From NCBI RefSeq assembly GCF_036321535.1, contig NC_087437.1, forward strand, positions 17,176,001 through 17,240,000: a stretch of 64,000 nucleotides of DNA. The letters run 5' to 3'. The stretch's first letter is position 1. Every line of letters begins with the position of its first letter. Of the stretch, positions 27,293 to 40,200 are shown one piece after another. This stretch comes from Camelus dromedarius (Eukaryota). Both the position numbers and the translations under genes were made by a program. The notes beneath the pieces are model-generated. The model ran no database searches. It was not told where the DNA came from and was given only the letters and a program-made list of their open reading frames with translations.

Positions 27293-27321
27293 TGTAGCAC
27301 TGGTAACTCTGAAGTAATCAT
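27293..27321 (-). CDS. STAG1: STAG1 first coding exon (exon 2), coding part: MITSELPVL plus first 2 nt of Q
   Basis: Minus strand reads ATG ATT ACT TCA GAG TTA CCA GTG CTA CA|gtaagt, the SA-1 N-terminus. Donor GT at 27291-27292. In-frame TAG and TGA lie upstream of the ATG in the same exon. 29 nt fits the phase of the next exon. Confidence 0.96.
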
Positions 27322-27404
27322 TGCTGTAAAGGTCTTTCCACTATGGAGCAAAAGAATCAAGTGCTGTACAACTCAAAACTTTGTAAAAAACTTCTACGGC
27401 AATC
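27322..27404 (-). other. STAG1: STAG1 exon 2, 5'UTR part (83 nt)
   Basis: Acceptor ttttttaattaacag|GATTGCC with AG at 27405-27406 and a long U tract. Whole exon is 112 nt, matching the recalled human exon 2 size. Confidence 0.85.
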
Positions 27405-27442
27405 CTGTTAATTAAAAAAAAAAGAAAGAAAAAAATTATTTT

Positions 27443-28480
27443 TTTCAGCTTTACTGAGGTTTAATTGACAAAATTCTAAGATATTTACAATGTGATGATT
27501 TGACATACAGAGACACTGTGAAGGGCTTCCCCAACTGAGTTAATTAATATCACCTCACATACTTACTTTTTTTTGGTCCAAATATTTAAGTTCTACTCTC
27601 TTAGCAAATTCCAGTTATACAAAACAGTGATATTAACTACAGTCACTATATTACTCATCAGATCCACAGACCATATTAATTTATAACAAAGATCGTATGC
27701 TTTTACCAACCTCTCCCTACTTCCCCTACCACATGGCCCCTGGCAACCATTTTCTACTATTCTTTTTATGAATTCCTTTTTTTTTCTTTTTAAAGATTCC
27801 ATGTATAAGTGATTCCATGTGATACCTGTCTTTCTCTGTCTGGCTCATTTCACTTAGCATAATGCCCTCCAGGTTAATTCATGTTGTCAAATAACAAGAT
27901 TTCCGTTGTTTTTTTTTTTAAGACTAAGTAATACTCCAATGTGTGTGTGCATGCAAATGTATCTGTGTACATACATACATACAAACAGGTGTAAGTGCAC
28001 GCGTGCGCGCGCACACACACACACATCCAGGTTTTCTTTATTCATATGTTTGCAAACACTTAAGGTTGTGTCCAGACCTCGGTTACGGTGAATGATGCTG
28101 CTATGAACATGGATGGGAGTACATCTATCTCTTTGGCACAACAGTTCTTTTGGATATATACTCAGAAATAAGATTGCTATATAATATGGTAGTTTTATTT
28201 TTAATTATCTGAAGAACCTCCACAGTGTTTTCCATAGAGGCTGTACCAGTTTACATTTATACCAACAGTGCACAAGGGTTCTGTCTTGTCCACATCCTCA
28301 ACCAAAATACGTATCTTATCTTTTGGGTCAAAGATATCCTAACACAGGTGTGAGATGATATCTCATTATGGCTCTGATATGCATTTCCCTGATGATTAGT
28401 GATGCTGAGTACCTTTCCATGTAGCTTTTGGTTATTTATGTATACTTTCTTTGGAAAAATGTCTATTTAGGTCTTTTGGA
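27443..28480 (-). mobile_element. L1 3' end (L1MA9-like), abutting the exon 2 acceptor
   Basis: Reverse L1 3'UTR (tttaagttctactctcttagcaaattcc, cccctggcaaccattttctact, gcatttccctgatgattagtgatg). TSD-like aa(a/g)aaaattatttt at 27429-27442 and 28482-28495. Confidence 0.85.
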
Positions 28481-28714
28481 AAAGAAAATTATTTTAAAAT
28501 AAAATGAATATGCCACAAAATATAGACTATAATCAATCTGTACTACCAGCAATCACATTCTTTGGTATTTACTCAAACGAACTGAAAAAGATGTTTCCAG
28601 CAGCTTTATTCAAAACTGTCACACAGGAAAGAAATGTCCTTTAGGATGTGAACAGATAAATTGTGGTACATGCAGACAATGTAATATTATTTAGCACTTA
28701 AAAAATAAGCTATC

Positions 28715-31252
28715 GAAGAGCTCATACCAATCCTTCTCAAACTCTTCCAAAAGACTGAAGAGGAGAGAACACTCCTAAACTCATTCATGAAGCCACTATC
28801 ACCCTGATACCAAAGCCAGACAAAGATACTACCAAAAAAGAAAGCTATAGGCCAGTATCGTTGATGAATACAGATGCAAAAATCCTCAACAAAATATTAG
28901 CAAACAATCCAACATCACATAAAAAAGATCATACACCATGATCAAGCTGGATTCATCCCAGAGACACAAGGATGGTTCAACATACACAAATCAATGTGAT
29001 ACACCACATCAACAAGAGAAAGGACAAAAATCACATGATCGTCTCAACAGATGCAGAAAAAGCAATTGATAAAATTCAACACCCATTTATGATAAAAACT
29101 CTTACCAAAGTGGGTATAGAGGGAACATATCTCAACATAATAAAAGCTATTTATGACAAACCTACAGCCAGCATAATATTCAACAGTGAAAAGCTGGAAG
29201 TCTTCTCCCTAAAATCTGGAACAAGACAAGGATGTCCACTCTCACCACTTCTATTTAATATAGTATTGGAAGTCCTAGCCATAGCAATCAGACAAGAGAA
29301 AGAAATAAAAGGTATCTAAATTGGAAGAGAAGAGGTAAAATTATCATTACATGTGGATGACATGATACTATATATATATAGAAAACCCTAAAGCTTCCAC
29401 ACAAAAACTACTAGAGCTGATAAAAGGATTTGGCAAGGTAGCAGGATATAAGATTAATGTACAGAAATCAGTGGCATTTCTTTACACTAACAATGAAATA
29501 TTAGAAAATGAAGGTAAAGAAACAATCTTTTTCAAAATTGCACCCATAAAAGGAAACACTTAGGAATAAATCTGACCAACAAAGTGAAAGACTTATATGT
29601 GGAGAACGACAAAACACTGATTAAGGAAATTAAAGATGACTTTAAGAAATGGAAAGATATCCCATGTTCTTGGATTGGAAGTATTAATATTGTTAAAATG
29701 GCCACACTACCCAAAGCAATCTACAGATTTAATGAGATCCTTATCAAATTACCCAGGACATTTTTCACAGAATTAGAACAAATAATCCTCAAATTTATAT
29801 GGAATCACACAAGACCCAGAATTGCCAAGGCATTACTGAAGAAAAAGAACCAAGCTGGAGGAATAACCCTCCCAGACTTCAGACAATACTACAGAGCTAC
29901 AGTCATCAAAACAGCGTGGTATTGGTAAAAAAAAAAAAAAAAACAGACATACGGATCAATGGAACAGAACAGAGCCCAGAAATAAATCCACAAACTTAAA
30001 CATAAGATAAGACACTATAAAGCTCCTGGAAGAAAACATAGGCAAAACTTCTCTGATATAAATCTCAACAATTTTCTCCTAGGGCAATCTACCCAAGTAA
30101 TAGAAATAAAAGCAAAAATAAACAAATAGGATCTAATCAAACTAAGAAGTTTTCGCACAGCAAAAGAAACCATAAGCAAAACAAAAAGACAACCTAAGGA
30201 ATGGGAGAAGATTATTGCAAAAGATGAGACTGATAAGGGCTTAATTTCCAGAATATATAAACAGTTCATACAACGTCATAAGAAAAAAACAAATAACCCA
30301 ATCCAAAAGTGGGCAGAAGACCTAAACAAGCAATTCTCCAATGAAGACATACAAAGTGCCAATGGACACATGAAAAAATGCTCAATAATCACTAATTATT
30401 AGAGAAATGCAAATCAAAACTACAATGAGGTATCACCTCACACCAGTCATAATGGCCATCATTCAAAAAGTCCATGCACAATAAATGGTGGAGAGGGTGT
30501 GGAGAAAAGGGAACCCTCCTACACTGTTGGTAGGAATGTAGTTTGGTGCAGCCATTGTGGAAAACAGAATGGAGATTCCTCAGAAGACTGAAAACAGACT
30601 TACCATATGATCCATCAATCCCACTCCTGGGCATATATCCAGAGGGAACCTTAATTCAGAAAGATACATGCACCCAAAGTTCAGAGCAGCACTATTTACA
30701 ATAGCCAAGACATGGAAACAACATAAATGTTCATCAACAGATGACTGGAAAAAGAAGTTGTGGTATATTTATACAATGGACTACTACTCAGTCATAAAAA
30801 TAATAAAATGCCATTTACAGTAACATGGATGGACCTGGAGAATGTCATTCTAAGTGAAGTAAGCTAGAAAGAGAAAGAAAAATACCGAATGATATCACTT
30901 ATATGTGGAATCTTAAAAAATAGACAAACTTACATTCACAAAACAGAAACAGACTCACAGACATAGAAAACAAGTATGGTTACTGGGAGGGGAAAACGGT
31001 GAGCAGGGATAAACTGGGAGTTCGAGATTTGCAGACACTAACTACCATATATAAAATAGATAAAGGACAAGTTTATACTGTATAGCACAGGGAACTATAT
31101 TCAATATCTTGTAGCAACTTATGATTAAAAAGAATATGAAAACAAATATACGTATGTTCCTATATGTTTGAACTATTGTGCTGTACACCAGAAACTGACA
31201 CAACATTGTAAATTGACTATACTTCAATAAAAAATAATTAAAAAAAAAAAAA
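28715..31252 (+). mobile_element. Younger 5'-truncated L1 (reverse transcriptase region to poly(A))
   Basis: ORF 28972 has [24 protein letters not shown] and [25 protein letters not shown] motif at about 29349; poly(A) tail; TSD-like aat(a/g)agctatc on both sides. Confidence 0.95.
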
Positions 31253-31352
31253 GGAATGAGCTATCAAGCCAGGAAAAGACATGCAGAAAGCTCAAAGGCA
31301 TATTATTAACTGAAAGTAGCAAATGTGAAATCACTACATAATATATGATTTT

Positions 31353-32661
31353 GTTTTTGTTTTGGGGGTTTTAAAAATTCTTTTAAACTCTTTTTTATTG
31401 AAGTATAGTCAGTGTACAATGCTTAGTCAATTGCTGGTGTACAGCATGTTTCAGTAACACACCCATACATACATATATTCCTTTTCAGTATAGGTTACTA
31501 TAAGATACTGAATATAGTTCCCTGTGCTATACAGTATAAACTTGTGGTTTATGTATTTTATATATAGTAGTTAGTATCTGCAAATCTCAAACTCTCAATT
31601 TATCCCTTCCCACCCCCTTTCAACCCTGGTAACCGTAAGTTCATTCTCTATGTCTGTAAGTTTATTTCTGTTTTGTAAGTAAGTTCATTTGTGTCCTTTT
31701 CTGTTTCAGATTTCACATATGAGTGATATCATATGGTATTTTTCTTTTTCTGGCTTACTTCACTTAGAATGATGATCTCCAGGTCCATCCACATTGCTGC
31801 CAATGGCATTATTTCATTCTTTTTTATGTCTAAGCATTATTCCATTGTGTGTGTGTGTGTGTGTTCTGTTGATGGACATTTAGGTTGTTTTCATGTCTTG
31901 GCTATTGTAAATAGTGCTGCTGTGGATGTTGGGGTGCATGTGTCTTTTCAAATTATAGTTTTCTCCAGATATATGCCCAGGAGTGGGATTGATGGATTAT
32001 AAGGTAAGCCTGTTTCTAGTTTTTTAAGGAACCTCCATACTGCCCTCCATAGTGGTTATACCAATTTACATTCCCACCAACAGTGTAGGAGGGTTCCCTT
32101 TTCTCCACAGCCTCTACAACATTTACTGTTTGTGGACTTTTGAATGATGGTCACTCTGACTGGTGTGAGGTGATACCTCACTGTAGTTTTGACTTGCATT
32201 TCTCTAATAATTAGCATTGTTGAGCACCTTTTCATATGCTTGCTGGCCATCTGAATGTCTTCTTTGGATAAATGTCTGTTTAGGTCTTCTGCCCATTTTT
32301 TGATTGGGTTGCTTTTTTTTTTTTAATATTAAGCTGTATGAGCTATGTGCCTATTTTGGAAATTAGTCCCTTATTGCTTACATCATTTGCAAATATTTTC
32401 TCCCATTCTATAGGTTGTCTTTCCATTTTGTTGATGGTATCCTTAGCTATGCAAAAGTTTTTAAGATTAATTAGGTCCCATTTGTTTATTTTTGCTTTTA
32501 TTTACATTACTCTACGAGCTGGTTCAAAAAAAATATTGCTGCAATTTATGTCAAAGAGTGCTCTGCCTATGTTTTCCTCTAGGAGTTTTATAGTATATCT
32601 TGTCTTACATTTAGGTCTTTAATCCATTTTGAGTTTATTTTTGTATATGGTATTAGAGAAT
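31353..32661 (-). mobile_element. Younger 5'-truncated L1
   Basis: ORF 32056(-) [26 protein letters not shown]...[12 protein letters not shown] cata(a/c)tata(tg/ca)atttt at 31337-31352 and 32662-32677. Confidence 0.93.
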
Positions 32662-34700
32662 CATACTATACAATTTTATCATAAATACATGGCATTCTGG
32701 AAAAGGCAAAACTATGAAGACAGTAAAAATATCAGTGATTGCCAGAAGTTATAGGGTAGAAGAGATGAATATACATGCACAGAGAATCTGTAGGGCACTG
32801 AAGCTATTTTGTGTGATATTATAACGGTGGGAACATCTAACTGTACATTTATCAAAACCCTTAAAATGCATAACACAAAGGGTGAATTCTAAAGTAAACT
32901 ATGAATGCTGGGTGATAATGACATGTCAACAGTAGGTTCACTGACTGTAACAGATGTACCACTCTGATGTGAGATGTTAATAGTGGGAAAGGTTAATGTA
33001 CGTGGGAACAGGGATTATAGAGGGAATCTCTCTACCTTCTGTTCAATTCTGCTATTAACCTAAAACTTGTCTAAAAAAAAAAAAGTTTATTAAAAGAGAG
33101 AAAAAGTAGCAGGGGAAGTGGGACGAAAGAAAGCACCCAAGACAGGCCATGACACAGTACCTAACAGAGTATAACATGGGTATAACTAGAAATCCAGAAG
33201 GAAAGAGAAAGTTCAGGGCAAAATAAAGATATAAAGAGTCAGCAGAGGAGAACATTCTAGATATAATAATACATTAAAACACAGATGGAGGATCAGAAAA
33301 TTCTCAAAAATACAAATATTGCTAAAAGCCAAGAGAATTCAAAAGGAAGATAAATATAATTCCTCACATAACAGAAAAACAATTATATCAGACTTTTTGT
33401 TAGAAACTATGTAAGCTGAAAGACAACTGAATAACACTGTTTGAAAGGGGAGAGGAAAAAATTATGAATCTTGAATTATGAATCATTCAAAAATGAAAGA
33501 AAGGAATATTGTCATGGAAAATGGAGGATTAGGAAACTCCAAGAATCAGGAACTCCACTGAAGCAACTCTTAGCTTGGCAAAAAATGACAAAAGTCATCC
33601 TTTATGAACATCTAGAATGTAATAAAAACTTACAAAATAGAGAAGATTGCCTAACAGAGACCACTATATTTGATAAAAAGTACTGTAGCATTTTTGCTTA
33701 CCTGTATACCATCTCCTCTCCCCCAGCTCAATGGTATCCAAAAGGAGAGCAGACCAAGTTACTAGTGCAGCATGCTGGGGCTTCCCAAGTGTTACCTTCA
33801 AAGTGATTTAAACACATACAAGTAGCTGCATGGGGCAAAAGACAGTGGATGGTGCAAGAATCAGACCATCTAAAAATCTTCGAAACAAAAAGGCTAAGGA
33901 GGAAGGTGTCTAGGGGAACTGGGCTTTAGGGCTATCTTATATACCAGGAAATAAAAGAATGCTACACAAATGCCCAGGGCTGGCTGAATTCTCAGAGAAG
34001 AACTGAGAGAAGCATAGGTTTACAACCCTAGCTGAACTTTGCTGTCTGTGTAAGCAAAAGATGAAGACTAAGGCAGAGCTACAGGTAACCTGGTTAACCT
34101 TTGAAGAAGTCTATTAGCTAACAGACCATCTATAAACACCAAAAGATTACTTTTTTCCTTTCGACTCACGTTGGCTAAGGAAATCTGTAACATCACTGCT
34201 AAACACCAAGATAACAAAATTTCAGTAACCACCCATGACAAAGAGAACAGTCCTTGCAAAAACACTTTAGAAAAGTAAAGAGATAACTGCAGCCCTCAAG
34301 AGACAACAGTAAACCATGAGGAGAAGAGAATCTAGTGTCCCAAGTAATGGAACTGTAATATTCAAAATGTCCCGTTTTCAACAACAACAAAAAATCAAAA
34401 GGCATACAAAGAAATATGAAAGTAAGGCACATTAAACAAAAAAAGAAAAGAACAGTAAAGAAAAGAGAAAAGGAAAGAATAGAAAAGGAAAGAAAAGAGA
34501 AGAAATCCTCTCCCAGTAAACCCAGATATCAGTTAGACTTCCAAAGGTAAATAATGAGAAAGAGGTAGAAAGGGGTGGAATATCTGAAGAGATAAAGGCA
34601 GAAAACTTTCCAATTTTCAACTGAATATAGAAATTTACAAAGAAGAAGGTAAAAGACTCCAAGTAGGGGAAACCCAAGAGAGTCACACAAATACAAACTA

Positions 34701-34913
34701 GAGTTGACTCATGAAACAATGCCACAGTCAGGCATGTCAACCCCCTGAAGTCAAAAATCCCCATATAACTTTATAGTCAGCTCTCCGTATCCATGATTCA
34801 CATTAATGGATTCAACCAACCATGAATTGTGTAGTACTTTAGTATTTACTGAAACACAACTGTATATAAGTAGACAGGTACAGTTCAAACTTGCGTGATT
34901 CAAGTGTCAAGGG
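34701..34913. mobile_element. Tigger2-derived MITE (MER8/Tigger2a_Art-like)
   Basis: TA flanks, degenerate TIRs (gagttgactcatgaa / ttcaagtgtcaaggg), homologous to the copy at 44178. Confidence 0.75.
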
Positions 34914-35455
34914 TACAAATTTTAAAATCCAAAGGTAATGAAAGAATTTTGAAGGAAACATGAAAATACAAACAAACAACCTCCTCATATTCAAGCAATC
35001 CACAGAATCCACAGTAAGACTAACTGTGGATTTAATTTAATGTAATTCTCATTAAATATCATGGAAGCCAGAAGGTAGCAGAATGACGTATTTAAAATGC
35101 TGAAAGAAAACTGTCAAACAAGAATTCCATACCCAGCAAACTATCATTCAAAAATGGAGAGAAATTAAGACATAGCTAGAAAAACAAAAATTAATTTGCC
35201 TCTAGACTTGCCTTGCCATAAAAGAGATGCTAAAGAACAATCTTCATACAGAAATAAAGGAACAATGAACAATAACTTGAAGCCATAGGAAAAAAGAGAA
35301 CACTGGGAAAATTAACTACACATGTAAATACAGATGCCAGTATTATTTTATTTTGGGTTTATAATTTCTAATTTTGTTTCCTATATGATTTAAAAGAAAA
35401 AATAGCATTTATACACCCATGTTAATGATACAAAACATATAAAGAGCTAATTTAT

Positions 35456-37163
35456 TTTTAATTCATATGTATATAATTTTTAATTCATATGTATAGTTGA
35501 TTTAAACATTGTCTTTGTTCCAAGTGCACAGCCAAGGGATTCAGTTTTTAGATATCATTTTTCAGATTACTTTCCATTATTGGTTATTACAAGGTGTTGA
35601 ATATAATTCCCTGTGCTGTACATTAAATCTTGCTGCTTACCTATTTTATGTGTGGTAGTTTGTACCTGTTAATCCCATACTCCTAATTTGTCCTGTTTTC
35701 CCTCCCTCTCCCCTTTGATAACCATAAATTTGTTTTCTATGTCTGTGAGTCTGTTTTTGTTTTGTAAATAAGTTCATTGGTGTTATTTTTTAGATTCCAC
35801 ATATAAGTGATAACATATAGTATGTCTTTCTCTGCCTGATTGACTTCAGCTGGTATGATATTCTCTAGGCCCATCTATGTTCCTGCAAATGAAATATTTC
35901 ATTCTTTTTATGGCTGAGTAATATTCCAGTGTGTGTGTTTATCTTATCTATTCATTTATTGGTGAATCCTGTCTTGGCTATTGTAAATAACACTATGAAC
36001 ACTGGGGTACGTATGTATTTTCCAGTTAAGAGTTTCATTATTTTAGATATATACCCAGGACTAGGATTCCCAGATCATTTGTAGCTCTATTTTTAGTCTT
36101 TTAAGGAATCTCCATACTGTTTTCCATAGTGGTTACACCAACTTACATTCATGACAGTGTAGGAAGGTTCCCTTTTCTCCACACCCTCTCCAGCATTTTT
36201 TATTTCTAGACTTTTTGATGACAACCATTGTGACCAGTGTGAGGTGATACCTCATTGTGGTTTTGAGTTACATTTCTCTAATAATTAACAATGTTGTGCA
36301 TCTTTTCATGTGTCTCTTGGCCATCTGTATGTCTTCTTTGGGAAAATGCCTCTTCAGGTCTTCTGCCGTTTTTTGATTAGGTTGTTTGCTTTTTTCAATA
36401 TTGAGTTGTATGAGCTGTTTGTATATTGTCAGGGACTGTCAGTCACATCACTTGCAAATATTTTCACCCATTTCGCAGGCTGTCATTTCATTTTGTTGAT
36501 GATTTCCTTTGCTATGCAAAAGCATGTAAGTTTGATTAGGTCCCATGTGCTTATCTGTCCTTTTATATCTTTTGCCTTGGGAGACTGATCTAAGAAAATA
36601 TTGCTACAACTCATGTCAGAAAATGTTTTGCCCATGTTCTCATCTAGGAGTTTTATGGTATCATGTCTTATATTTGGGTCTTTAAACCATTGATTCTGTT
36701 TTTGTATGTGGTTTGAGGGAGTGTTCTAATTTCACTGATTTACATGTAGCTGTCCAGCCTTCTCAACACCATTTCTTGAAGAGATTATCTTCTCTCCTCT
36801 GTTGTAGATTAACTGACCATAGGTATGCGGGTTTATTTCTGGGCTCTCTCTATGTCTGTTTTTGTGCCAATACCACATTGAATTCATTACTGCAGCTTCG
36901 TAGTACTGTCTGAAGTCTGGAAGGGTAATGCCTCAACAAAGGAAAAAGCTTTGTTCTTTTTCCTCAGGATTGCTTTGGCAATTCTGGGTCTTTTGTGGTT
37001 CCATATAAATTTTAGGACTATTTGTTCTAGTCCTGTGAAAAACTATCATGGGTATTTTGATATGGATTGCAATAAATCCATAGATTTCTTTGGGTAGTAT
37101 GGCCACTTTAAGAGTATTAATACTTCCAATCCAAGAGTATGGAGAATCTATTTCTTTGAATCA
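35456..37163 (-). mobile_element. 5'-truncated L1 (artiodactyl-type)
   Basis: Reverse complement of the L1 ORF2 end and 3'UTR. TSD aaaga(gc/ta)taatttat at 35441-35455 and 37164-37178. Confidence 0.9.
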
Positions 37164-37228
37164 AAAGATATAATTTATAATGATGATATGAGAGGAATGA
37201 AGACAAAAGAAAAATTTACAAGTTATTA

Positions 37229-40200
37229 CAGGTATACCTCATTTTATTGTACTTTGCTTTACTGTGCTTTGAAGATATTGTGCTTTTTACAAATTTAAAG
37301 TTTTGTGGTAACCCTGCTAGTCTATCACTGGCATTCTTCTAACAATTAATTGCTCACATCACGTCTCTAGGTCTTATTTTGATAATTCTCACATATTTCA
37401 AACTTTCCATTATTATTATTATATGTGTTATGGTGATTTGTGATCAGTCATCTCTGACATTATTACTGTAACTGTTCTGGGGTGCCAATAACCATACCCA
37501 CGTAAGACAGCGAACATAACTGATAAATGTTGTCTGTTCTCTGACTACACCACTCAACAGCTACTCCCCTGTCTCTCTCCCTCTCTGTGGGCATTCCTAT
37601 TCCTTGAGACACAACAGTATTGAAATTAGGCCAATTAATAAACTTACAATGGCTGCTAAGTGTTCAAATCAACAAAAAAATTGTACTGGTACAGCCACTA
37701 TGGAAAACAGTATGGAGGTTTCTTAAAAAACTAAAACCAGTTACCATAAAGTCTGGCAATCCCACTCCTGGGAATATACCTGGAAAAGAATATAACTCTA
37801 ATTCAAAAAGATACACGCACCCCAGTGTTCATAGCAGCATTAGTTACAATGGCCAAGACATGGAAATGATCTAAGTGCCCATCAACAGATGAATGGATAA
37901 AGAAGATGTGATACATGCACAAACACACACAATGGAATATTATCCAGCCATAAAAAGAATGAAATATTGCCATTTGCAGCAAGATGGATGGACCAAGAGA
38001 ATATTATACTATGTGAAGCCAGACAGAGAAATATTATATAATATCACTTACATGTGAAATGTAAAAAATAATACAAATGAATTACTTACAGGATAGAAAC
38101 AGACTCACAGGGCTGTTTACCAAAGGGGAAAAGGAGTGGGGGAGGGGTAAATTAGGAGTATGGGATTAACAGATACACATTATTATATATAAAAAAGATA
38201 AGCAACAAAGACTTACTGTATGGCACAGGGAACTATATTCAATATCTTATAATAACCTATAATACAAAATAATCTGAAAATCTCTCTCTCTCTCTGTGTG
38301 TGTGTGTGTATATATATCTGAATCACTTTGCTATACACCTGAAACTAACACAATATTGTAAATCAACTATACTTCAACAAAAAAAAGCTAAGGCATGGAA
38401 ACGACCTAAGTGTCTAACCATCAAAAATGTAGTGTGTGTATATGACAGAATATTATTCAGCCATAAGAAGGGAAATCTTCTCATTTGCAACAACTGAACA
38501 AATGAGAATGAATGGACTTTGGGGGCATTATGCTAAATGTAACAAGCCAGAGAGAGAAAGAGTTAAGACGAATACCTATGATCTCACTCATATATGGAAA
38601 CTAAAAACAAACAAACATACAAAACTGAATTCATAGATACAGGAACTAATTGATGATTGCCAGCGGTGGGTTGGGGGATGGGCAAAATGGGTAAAGGTGG
38701 TCAAAAGGTACAAATTTCCAATTATAAAATAAATAAGTCAAGGGACATAATGTACGACATGGTGACTATAGTTAATAATGCTGTATACCTGAAAGTTGCT
38801 AATAGAGTAGATCTTAAAAGTTCTCACTACAAGAAAAAAATTGTATAATTATGTATGGTGACAGATATTAACTAGACTTATTGTGATGATTCTGCAATAT
38901 GATAAATAGCAAATCATTATGTTATATACTTGAAACTAATATAATGTTACATGCCAATTATATCTTAATTTAAAATAAATAAATACAGTTATGTGAAACC
39001 CCAGGCAACTTAAGAAAAAAAGAATTGTACATCTCTCACTTTCCATCAAAAGCTAGACATGATTAAATTTAGTGAGGAAAGTATGTCAAAAGCCAAGAGA
39101 GATCAAAAGCTAGACTTCTTGCACCAAGCAGTTAGCCAAGTTGTGAATGCAAAGCTCTTGAAGAAAACTGAAAATGCTACTCCAGTGAACATACGAACAA
39201 TAAGAAAGCAAAACAGCCTAATTGTTAATATAGAGAAAGTTTTACTGACCTGAATAAAAGATCAAACCAGTCACAGCATCCCCTTAAGCTAAAATCTAAT
39301 CCAGAGCAATGCCCTAATTCTCAATTCTATGAAAGCTAAGTGAGAAAGCTGCAGAAGCACAGTTTGAAGCTAGCAGAGGGTGGTTCATAAGGCCTAAGAA
39401 GCTGTCTCCATAACATAAAAGTGTAAGGTAAAGCAGCAAGTGCTGATGTAAAGCTACAGCATATTATCCAGAAGATCCAGCTAAGATAATTAATGAAGGT
39501 GCCTACACTAAACAAAAGATTTTCAATGTACACAAAACAGCACTGTATTGGAAAAAGATGCTATCTAGGACTTCCGTAGCTAGACAGGAGAAGCCTATGC
39601 CTGGCTTCAAAGCTTCAAAGGACAGGCAGACTTTCTTAATAGAAGCTAATGAAGCTGGTGAGTTAAACTAAACCCAGTGCTCATTTACAATTCTCAAAAT
39701 CCTAGGGCCCTTAAGAATTATGCTAAACCCTCTCTGCTTGTGCTCTAGAAATGGAACAATGAATCCTGGATGACGGCACATCTGTTTATAACATGGTTTA
39801 GTGAATATTTTAAGCCCACTGATGAGACCTACTGTTCAGAAAAAAAGGATTCCTTTCAAAGTATTACTGCTCATTGACAATGCACCTGGTCACCCAAGAG
39901 CTCTGACAAAGATGCACAGTGAGATTTACTCTGTTTTCGCACCTGATGACACAGCATCCATCCTACAGCCCATAGGAAGGTCATTTCAATTTTCAACTTT
40001 TATTTTTTAAAAAACATCTCATAAGGCTGTAGCTGCCATGCTGATGCATCCGGGCAGTTAGTCGAAAACCTGGAAAGGATTCACCGTTCTAGATGTGAAT
40101 AATGACATTCATGATTCATAGTAGGAAGAAAAATATCAACATGAACGGCAGTTTGCAAGAAGTTGATTCCAACCCTCACGGACGTCTTTGTGGGGTTCAA

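Larger units (their letters stand above)
28535..33085 (+). mobile_element. Old L1MC-like 3' end split in three (28535-28714, 31253-31352, 32662-33085)
   Basis: The pieces join into one sequence homologous to the intact L1 end at 50300-51010 (gagctatcaagcca, tacatggcattctggaaaaggcaaaact, gtaaactatg). Confidence 0.8.

Noticed and set aside
28972..29928. Reverse transcriptase ORFs as an active or novel RT system
   Set aside because: Ordinary L1 ORF2 in a 5'-truncated copy with stops, frameshifts and an internal deletion.
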